Origin: a virus
Taxonomy: Duplodnaviria; Caudoviricetes
Length of the DNA stretch: 37,904 nt
Strand: one strand, 5' to 3'
IMG/VR virus record: IMGVR_UViG_3300032301_000607
Location: 1 to 37,904 of that record
In this document: positions 8,587-15,071 of the stretch, piece after piece
How the letters are laid out: every line of letters starts with the position of its first letter
Numbering within the stretch: position 1 is the stretch's first letter
Position numbers and translations under genes: made by a program
Notes under the pieces: generated by a model
Seen by the model: only the letters and a program-made list of their open reading frames with translations
Told to the model about the DNA's origin: nothing
Databases searched by the model: none

Positions 8587-9137
8587 AAATCAATAAGATG
8601 GAGGCCAAGGCAATCGAGGCACAGATAGACAAGCTCAAGACCCCGATTGACAACGCAGAAGGCAAAAGAACCAAGGGAGACGAGTCCCCATCGAGACGCT
8701 ACCGCCACTTGTGCGAGCAACTCCACTTCTTAACGATGAAAAAAGCCATCCTCATACTAGCCATCGCCCTTCTCGGCTCGGTGCAGGGGGCAAACATAAT
8801 GATTGAGTTACCCAAACCGCCACCCAAGAAAACCATCAAGGCCAGAATCACGGCCTATTGGTTGGGGGAGGACGAGTTCGGCTATAAAAGCTCTACTGGG
8901 AAACGGTTAGTCTCTGGCAAATCTTGTGCGGTTGACCCCAGACTTATCCCCTACGGAACAAAGCTAGTCATCGAAGGCAAGACCTATCACGCCCACGACA
9001 CCGGAACGGCGGTCATATCCCGAAAGGCATCGGGCAAATCTAGGCTACCAGTCGTTGACCTTTTCTACGCTAACGAACGGCAAGCAAGGCGGGAGTTGGC
9101 AAGGGTGGGACGGACGGCACTTGTGGAAATCCAGTAA
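8583..9137 (+). CDS. 3D-domain (MltA-like) cell-wall protein with an internal signal peptide
   Basis: ITAY...AVDP..IPYGT...AHDTG.A...VDLF (three Asp residues); MKKAILILAIALLGSVQG starts at ATG 8736. Confidence 0.8.
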   Translation: MKINKMEAKAIEAQIDKLKTPIDNAEGKRTKGDESPSRRYRHLCEQLHFLTMKKAILILAIALLGSVQGANIMIELPKPPPKKTIKARITAYWLGEDEFGYKSSTGKRLVSGKSCAVDPRLIPYGTKLVIEGKTYHAHDTGTAVISRKASGKSRLPVVDLFYANERQARRELARVGRTALVEIQ

Positions 9138-9668
9138 ATGAACCACATCGGCCAAGACCCAGCGGATAGCATCTTGGCTAGTTACACTCCCGATATGGCA
9201 GAGCATATCGACACGCTCCAAGATCGGGTCAAGGAACGGCTCGCAAAAATGCAGGCGATGAATCCCAGCATCGACCTCGACCAGTTAGCCAAGCTCACGG
9301 CAGAAGTAGTGGAGCAGACGATAAAGCACGAGGGTGATTCGCAAATGTTGAGGCATCGGAGGGACGACACTTTGGACGAATCCTTGCTGGCGCTCGCCAC
9401 GAATCGTTCTCCCGACTCGTTGACCTCAATAGCAAAACGGTACATCAACCCCTCAACTGGTAAGCCATATACCAGAGCCGCCATATCGGCACGGCTGACG
9501 GAGTTAAGCCAACGAACCGGCCTAGTTCTACGCATCCAACGGAGTGAACGAGTACGCCAAATCTACAAGGAGCGAGCCTTGCGAGTCCACAAAAAGAGGC
9601 GGGAACAATGCCCCAAATGGAACAAAGAGGCTTGGACAAAAGGCATAAAAAAGAGGGGCAAGAAATGA
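9138..9668 (+). CDS. Putative transcription regulator with a sigma region-4-like HTH
   Basis: SLTSIAKRY...TRAAISARLTEL; near the end of the early region; weak similarity. Confidence 0.4.
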   Translation: MNHIGQDPADSILASYTPDMAEHIDTLQDRVKERLAKMQAMNPSIDLDQLAKLTAEVVEQTIKHEGDSQMLRHRRDDTLDESLLALATNRSPDSLTSIAKRYINPSTGKPYTRAAISARLTELSQRTGLVLRIQRSERVRQIYKERALRVHKKRREQCPKWNKEAWTKGIKKRGKK

Positions 9669-9955
9669 GGGCTGGCTCGAAAGTGATATGCGTAGATGAT
9701 CGCTTCCCTACAGAGATAATCCTTTTCTACAACCACCTCCCAATCAAAGACAAGGTGTATGTGGTAAGGGGACTAGGGGTAGGGGTAGGACTGAACGGCC
9801 AAGAGGGTGAGGTTGTGGTCTACCTTGAGGGGCTAAAAAACCCTTGCTCGACCACCCCACCGCATCCGGAGAGAGGGTTTCACGCCGACAGATTTCGAGA
9901 GATTGAACCACCCGCCGAAGTCGAAAATGAGGAACTCGTTGAAGCTACGGCATAA
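9665..9955 (+). CDS. Hypothetical protein
   Basis: ATGA overlap; GSKVICVDD...GFHADRFRE pattern. Confidence 0.6.
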   Translation: MRAGSKVICVDDRFPTEIILFYNHLPIKDKVYVVRGLGVGVGLNGQEGEVVVYLEGLKNPCSTTPPHPERGFHADRFREIEPPAEVENEELVEATA

Positions 9956-9974
9956 CCAAAAAGGAAATCCCAGA

Positions 9975-10460
9975 ATGAGTGAAAAACAGATCGGAATGGA
10001 ACTACAAAAAACGGTGAGGCTTTTAGACAAAGCCAAAGAAACAGCCATTACACAGATGGGGCAGGCCATCAGCCTAGCGGCCGATGCAGGGGACATCATA
10101 ATGTCGGCAGAGCTTGAGGGGCTAAACCTCCCAGAAATTTTAGGGGTGGGGGGGGTATCCGAGGAACAGGCTCGTCGCTTCAAAAGGGTGGCTAAGGCCA
10201 GACCCAGCCTCCACTCCCCAAGCCCCCAATCCCTCAAGCAGTTAGCCCTCTGGGTAGGTCTAATGCCCGACCCCATCGAGACCTCCACCCCCCGCCCCCA
10301 GAGGTCTTGGCATCACTACCTAGTGGCCTGTCGCCAATGGCTCACCCGCAAGAGCATACAAGACTGGTCGTCAGTACAGAAGGCCGACTTCGTATCCGAA
10401 GCTGAACCAATCGTAAGGGCGTTCCTCGAAGCAGGCGGGAAACTACCCCCAAATGGGTAA
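9975..10460 (+). CDS. Hypothetical protein
   Basis: ATG 9975 after AAGGA; last ORF before the large spacer. Confidence 0.6.
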   Translation: MSEKQIGMELQKTVRLLDKAKETAITQMGQAISLAADAGDIIMSAELEGLNLPEILGVGGVSEEQARRFKRVAKARPSLHSPSPQSLKQLALWVGLMPDPIETSTPRPQRSWHHYLVACRQWLTRKSIQDWSSVQKADFVSEAEPIVRAFLEAGGKLPPNG

Positions 10461-10585
10461 AAAAAGACAAAAAAAACACAAAAAAAAGACAAAAAAAACA
10501 CAAAAAAAAGCACACGAAAAAGACGCAAACACTCTTAAAATCAACGCAATGCAAACAAAAAAAAGGAAAAAAAATTGAAAAAAAA
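10459..10585. repeat. Phased A8-tract arrays
   Basis: (A8 plus GAC or CAC) 11-bp units at 10459-10509 (first tract A7); three more A8 tracts at 10557, 10567 and 10578. Confidence 0.9.
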
Positions 10586-10769
10586 TTGGGAAGAAAATTG
10601 TGAGGTCGCCGTCAAAAATTTAAAACCACCCCCCCCCTTTTTAGGAGACTTCTACCCAGCAAAAACACTAAAAGACAGGTTCCCACCGCGGCTATTTTGT
10701 GAGAGTTGACCCAAGAACCTTTATGTCAAACACTTGCACCACAAATCTTTTGTAACTTTTTTAACAACT

Positions 10770-11279
10770 ATGAAATACCCCTGCTTGCTTACCAAAAAAA
10801 TCAGCGAAATTTCTTCGGCAAAATATAACCCAAGAAAAATTACAGATGAGGCGATGGGTCGATTGACCAAGAGCCTAGCGGAGTTCGGAAACATCCAGCC
10901 GATCACTTGGAACGCTCGGACTGGGAATGTGGTTGGAGGCCACCAGAGGCTCAAGGTCTATAAGGCGATGGGCAAAACCGAGGTGGATGTGTGGGCGGTC
11001 GATCTGGACGAGCAAAAGGAGAAGGCGGCCAACATAGCCCTCAACAAGTTAAGCGGAGAGTTCGATATGCCGATGCTCAAAGACATCCTAGAAGAAATCG
11101 ATACTGGCGATCTGGATATGGAAATTACCGGGTTCGGGATGGATGAAATTGCTGTTATGATGGAGGCAACTAATCCAGACCCAAATTTCTTACCAGACGC
11201 AGAGGTGAATCAAGGTAAACTAGATGAAAAGTCGCCAGTTACTTGTCCTAATTGCAATAATGAATTTATCCCAAGCTAA
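10770..11279 (+). CDS. ParB/Srx-like domain protein with a C-terminal CxxC knuckle
   Basis: YNPRKI...SLAEFG..QPITWN...VVGGHQRLK...ALNKLSGEFD; TCPNCNNEF. Confidence 0.85.
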   Translation: MKYPCLLTKKISEISSAKYNPRKITDEAMGRLTKSLAEFGNIQPITWNARTGNVVGGHQRLKVYKAMGKTEVDVWAVDLDEQKEKAANIALNKLSGEFDMPMLKDILEEIDTGDLDMEITGFGMDEIAVMMEATNPDPNFLPDAEVNQGKLDEKSPVTCPNCNNEFIPS

Positions 11280-11952
11280 TAATCTGAAAATTGATTGGGC
11301 TACTCACGAAGCGGCAAAATATGCCTGCGAGAACTGGCACTATTCAAAAAGCATTCCTAGTGGCAAGATGAATAGATTTGGAGTATGGGAAGACGGAAAC
11401 TTTAAGGGCGTTGTTTTATATGGAAGACCAGCATTCCCATCGATAGGAAAACCATATAATCTTACTCAATTTGAAATTGTAGAGCTAGTCAGAGTCGCGC
11501 TAAAGGAACACAAAAATCCAGTATCAAAGATTATAAGCGTAAGTCTTAAAATTCTAAAAAGGCATAATCCAAAGTTAAGGTTAGTCGTATCCTTTGCAGA
11601 TAAAGGACAGAATCATTATGGTGGAATATATCAGGCATCAAACTGGTTATATGTGGGGGAGGGGGGTGCGGCGGTGCAATATAAACTAGACGGAGAGACT
11701 GTACATCAAAGAACGCTAGTTCATAAATTTGGAATTAAATTTGCGAGTCATAGCAGAGTCACAAAATATAACCCTCAAAGAAAATATAAGTATTTAATGC
11801 CCCTTGACGATTCAATAAAGAAACAACTAAAATCCCTACACAAACCATACCCGAAATGCGTATCAAGTGCTGATAGCGGCACGCTTGGCTTCCAGCCAAG
11901 AGGGGGAGGTGCAAATCCTACCGATACGCTCCATTTTCAAAATGCGAAATGA
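11260..11952 (+). CDS. mom: Mom-like GNAT-fold DNA modification protein
   Basis: HYS, GVVLYG, ELVRVAL, VVSFAD..QNH.GGIYQASNW.Y.G and KYKY motifs; between the ParB-like gene and terminase. Confidence 0.8.
   Translation: MNLSQANNLKIDWATHEAAKYACENWHYSKSIPSGKMNRFGVWEDGNFKGVVLYGRPAFPSIGKPYNLTQFEIVELVRVALKEHKNPVSKIISVSLKILKRHNPKLRLVVSFADKGQNHYGGIYQASNWLYVGEGGAAVQYKLDGETVHQRTLVHKFGIKFASHSRVTKYNPQRKYKYLMPLDDSIKKQLKSLHKPYPKCVSSADSGTLGFQPRGGGANPTDTLHFQNAK
11858..11933 (+). tRNA. Atypical tRNA-Gly(TCC)-like element inside the mom ORF
   Basis: 76 nt: acceptor GCGTATC/GATACGC, discriminator T, encoded CCA; D stem GTGC/GCAC; anticodon stem CTTGG/CCAAG with loop CT-TCC-AG; T arm GGAGG-TGCAAAT-CCT(A)CC. 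Confidence 0.85.
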
Positions 11953-12548
11953 TTACCCAAAAAGAACTCCGAGAAAAGTGGGGCATCGATGCGGGGCAGT
12001 TGTCTCGAATGGTAAAGCGGGGTATGCCCCTCACTTCCGAATCAGACGCTCAACGATGGAGGCTCGCAAACCAGAAGCGAGTGAGCAAATCACAGATAGC
12101 CCGGACACCATCCCCGACCTCATCAGAGCCATTAAAAGACTCGGATGCCGAGTCATACAAATCGAAAACCTCGCTTGGCAGATTGAATCGAGCGAAGCAA
12201 GCCGAGGTAGTTGCTTACTCATTGGTAGCCACGGCGGCAAACAATCAAAACCCAGTCGCTATGAGGGCGGCGGTGCAAGGATGGGGCGAAGCAAAAAAGC
12301 GAGTCGCAGAAGCAGAAATGGAACACGCTCGGTGGGAAGAAGTGAGCCGAGTCACAGTTCGGATGGGGGAAGTGCAAGAATGGATAACGAAGTGGCACGG
12401 AGCAATCAGATCGCTTCTGGATGCCCTTCCTTCGAGCCTAGCGGCCAGAGCAAACCCATCAGACCCAGAATGTGCAAAGCAAGCCATCCAAGACGGAATC
12501 AATCAAATCTTCGTTACCATCCAGAAAGCAGAGGGGGCGTTTAAGTGA
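11949..12548 (+). CDS. terS: Terminase small subunit (Nu1-like)
   Basis: N-terminal wHTH TQKELREKWGIDAGQLSRMVKRGMP, then a coiled coil and an LDALPSSLA motif; upstream of terL. Confidence 0.75.
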   Translation: MITQKELREKWGIDAGQLSRMVKRGMPLTSESDAQRWRLANQKRVSKSQIARTPSPTSSEPLKDSDAESYKSKTSLGRLNRAKQAEVVAYSLVATAANNQNPVAMRAAVQGWGEAKKRVAEAEMEHARWEEVSRVTVRMGEVQEWITKWHGAIRSLLDALPSSLAARANPSDPECAKQAIQDGINQIFVTIQKAEGAFK

Positions 12549-12619
12549 ACGAGTGCTTCCTCATTATTATCGCCACCCTCGGCCTGCTAGGATTGATTCT
12601 GCCATACTTTGACGAATGA
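12545..12619 (+). CDS. 24-aa hydrophobic peptide (not in ORF track)
   Basis: MNECFLIIIATLGLLGLILPYFDE; GTGA and ATGA overlaps at the two ends. Confidence 0.5.
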   Translation: MNECFLIIIATLGLLGLILPYFDE

Positions 12620-12777
12620 AAACACCAGTCGACCATATCTTCAAATTGGTAGAGCCATTGATAATAATTCTTTTTATATGGACTATTTTATCAACTGCCA
12701 TAGGAAGTCATAGGCTAGATTGGTTTGATGCCTCTTTTCTTATTATCTATGCCCTTGGTATTCGGAAAACAGAATGA
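12616..12777 (+). CDS. 53-aa protein with two hydrophobic segments (not in ORF track)
   Basis: MKTPVDHIFKLVEPLIIILFIWTILSTAIGSHRLDWFDASFLIIYALGIRKTE; ATGA overlaps at both ends. Confidence 0.55.
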   Translation: MKTPVDHIFKLVEPLIIILFIWTILSTAIGSHRLDWFDASFLIIYALGIRKTE

Positions 12778-13079
12778 AACGCTCGCCCCTCAAACGCAAA
12801 ACCCCACTCAAGCGAGGCGGGAAACTGCGCCGAGTGTCTGCCAAGAGGCGAAAGCAAAACGAGGTCTATTCTGATGTGCGAGAGAAGTTTCTAGGCAACA
12901 CACCAGTCTGCCAAGTTTGCCAGAGCAAAATGGCGAGCCAAGTTCACCATAGGCGAGGGAGGTTCGGGGATAGATTAAATGAGGTAGAGTTTTTCTTGGC
13001 GGTTTGCTTCGAGTGCCATATTAAGATTCACATGAACCCAGCGTGGGCGTATGCAAAAGATTATCTGGTTAAGAGATGA
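12774..13079 (+). CDS. HNH-like endonuclease, terminase-associated
   Basis: CQVC...VHHRRGR...LN...VCFECHIKIH. Confidence 0.75.
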   Translation: MKRSPLKRKTPLKRGGKLRRVSAKRRKQNEVYSDVREKFLGNTPVCQVCQSKMASQVHHRRGRFGDRLNEVEFFLAVCFECHIKIHMNPAWAYAKDYLVKR

Positions 13080-14851
13080 ACATTGGGGCGTTCAGCCGAA
13101 GTTTCTTTGAGCCAAGAGAACAACTATCAATTCCCGAGTGGGCAGAGAAAAACCTCACACTCTCTGCGAGGGTAACGAACATACCCGGAGCGTATTCAAC
13201 AACTCTCACGCCCTATGTCCGTGAACCCCTAGAGGCTTTTGGCGATGATTCAATTCGGAGAGTGGTGTTGGTCTGGGGAGCGCAGACCTCAAAGACCACA
13301 ACGATTCTCGCTGGCCTAGCTTACAGAATCGCAGAACGCCCTTGTCCGGTCTTGTGGGTGATGCCCTCGGAACATTTAGCTCGATCATTTACAGAAACCC
13401 GCTGGCTTCCGATGGTGGACGATTGCCCAGCCCTAGCAAAAGAAAAGCCAGACAACACCGACAAGATCAAAATCCTAGAGCAACATTTTAAGCGATGCTC
13501 GGTATGGTGGGCGGGAACAAGTGCCTCGGCTCTTTCTAGTCGCTCGATTGCGTTACTCTGTATGGATGAGGTAGACAAGTTTCCAGAGCAAGCGGGTTCG
13601 GGGAGGGAAGCCAATCCGGTGCAGTTAGCGGAGGCACGAGTTAGCACCTACCCCAATCATTTAATCATAGCAACCAGCACCCCGACAACTGCCGACTCAA
13701 TAATCTGGGCTGAATGGCAGAAAGGGGATATGCGCTTTTATTTTGTGCCTTGTCCTCATTGTGGATTAAAACAAAAACTAATCTGGGGACAAGTGAAGTG
13801 GGATGAGGCGGCCAAGATAGAAGATGGCGTTTATGATTATGCCCTAGTGAAATCCTCGACCTACTACGAGTGCGAAGGATGCAAGGGCAAGATTCAAGAC
13901 GGCCAGAAAACCAAGATGCTCCGAGAGGGGGAGTGGAGGGCAACTAATCCCAAGGGCGAACCAGCCAGACGCTCGTATCACCTCAACGGCCTATACGCTC
14001 CGTGGGTAACATTCGGGAGCTTGGCGGTCAAGTTCCTGCAAGATAAGCACAGCGGGATTATCGGCCTGCAAGATTTCGTGAACCGAGTCCTAGCAGAGCC
14101 TTGGATGGAACACGAATCAGAAAAGATGCAGATCGTTCCCGGTGCTTATAAGATGGGCGAAGTAAGGATGGGCGATAAGCTGATTATGAGTTGCGACATC
14201 CAAGAGGCGGGGGGCTTCCACGCTTGGTGCGTTGTTAGGGCTTGGGATTTGGAGGGAAAACCAAGGCTCGTGTGGGCGGGTAGACTAGAAACTTGGGGCG
14301 ACATAAAGGCAAAACAAGACGAGTTTGGTGTTGAGGATAAGTGCGTTCTAATTGACTCGGGCGATCAAACCCGAGATGTATATTTGAATTGTTGCAAGAA
14401 CGGCTGGGTGGCGTTGGTCGGTTCGGACAAGACCAGCTTCTCCGAGATCGTGAACGAGCAGAAGGTTCAAAGGCCATACGCTCGAATTGCAAATGGCGAC
14501 CCCTTCTCTGGTAAGGCAGTTCAATCAAAGGCAGGGTGGAAATGGAAGCTCTGCCCGATTTGGCGATGGTCGAACCCATCCATCAAAGACATCCTCTCCC
14601 AGCTTCTCAAAGAGGAGGGATTTATCGCCCTAGATACGCCCGATGTCTGGAAGGTGCATATCGAAGCAGAGGTGAAGGTGAGAGTTAAGAATCCTATGAC
14701 TGGCAGGGAAAGACTTGTGTGGAAGCAAATTGGGAAGCATAATCATTTAATGGATTGCGAATGTATGAACATCGTGGGGGCGGCACTCCACGGACGGCTC
14801 AAAGTTTCACCCGCAAGTTTGACAGAGGAGGTTGAGAATGGCGAAGGGTGA
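13076..14851 (+). CDS. terL: Terminase large subunit, lambda gpA family
   Basis: TPY.RE, Walker A GAQTSKT, Walker B MDEVDK, STPT, CPHC/CEGC, DSG and HLMDC nuclease motifs. Confidence 0.95.
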   Translation: MNIGAFSRSFFEPREQLSIPEWAEKNLTLSARVTNIPGAYSTTLTPYVREPLEAFGDDSIRRVVLVWGAQTSKTTTILAGLAYRIAERPCPVLWVMPSEHLARSFTETRWLPMVDDCPALAKEKPDNTDKIKILEQHFKRCSVWWAGTSASALSSRSIALLCMDEVDKFPEQAGSGREANPVQLAEARVSTYPNHLIIATSTPTTADSIIWAEWQKGDMRFYFVPCPHCGLKQKLIWGQVKWDEAAKIEDGVYDYALVKSSTYYECEGCKGKIQDGQKTKMLREGEWRATNPKGEPARRSYHLNGLYAPWVTFGSLAVKFLQDKHSGIIGLQDFVNRVLAEPWMEHESEKMQIVPGAYKMGEVRMGDKLIMSCDIQEAGGFHAWCVVRAWDLEGKPRLVWAGRLETWGDIKAKQDEFGVEDKCVLIDSGDQTRDVYLNCCKNGWVALVGSDKTSFSEIVNEQKVQRPYARIANGDPFSGKAVQSKAGWKWKLCPIWRWSNPSIKDILSQLLKEEGFIALDTPDVWKVHIEAEVKVRVKNPMTGRERLVWKQIGKHNHLMDCECMNIVGAALHGRLKVSPASLTEEVENGEG

Positions 14852-15071
14852 TTTCATTGGGCTACCCCTTGCTACCCTCACTTCGTTGCGTGATAAATAT
14901 ATCACTTGCCTAGAAGCGATTGCGGTGGCTGGGTCAAGCTATTCGATAGCGGGACGCTCTTTTTCTAGGGCGAATCTTGGGGAAGTTCGTGATACCATCG
15001 CAGAGCTAACCCTTGCCATCCAGTCTGTCAACGGCACTCGTATCCGCACGACCTACGCTAACTTCTCGTGA
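14838..15071 (+). CDS. gpW-like head completion protein
   Basis: GSSYSIAGRSFSRANL motif; between terL and portal; GAGGAGG before ATG 14838. Confidence 0.75.
   Translation: MAKGDFIGLPLATLTSLRDKYITCLEAIAVAGSSYSIAGRSFSRANLGEVRDTIAELTLAIQSVNGTRIRTTYANFS

Noticed and set aside
10316-10554. Phe-rich minus-strand ORFs
   Set aside because: Artefacts of translating the A tracts.
10603-10614. AGGTCGCCGTCA, a 10/12 match to the complement of the lambda cohesive end
   Set aside because: Opposite orientation to lambda relative to terS and short enough to be chance; not called as cos.
10706-10729. TTGAC-N14-GTCAA inverted repeat before the ParB-like gene
   Set aside because: Only 5-bp arms and a single copy; cannot be separated from chance.
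11867-12544. 225-aa alternative-frame ORF over the tRNA and terS
   Set aside because: Ser/Arg-rich with no motifs; the terS frame has the HTH and coupled start and stop.
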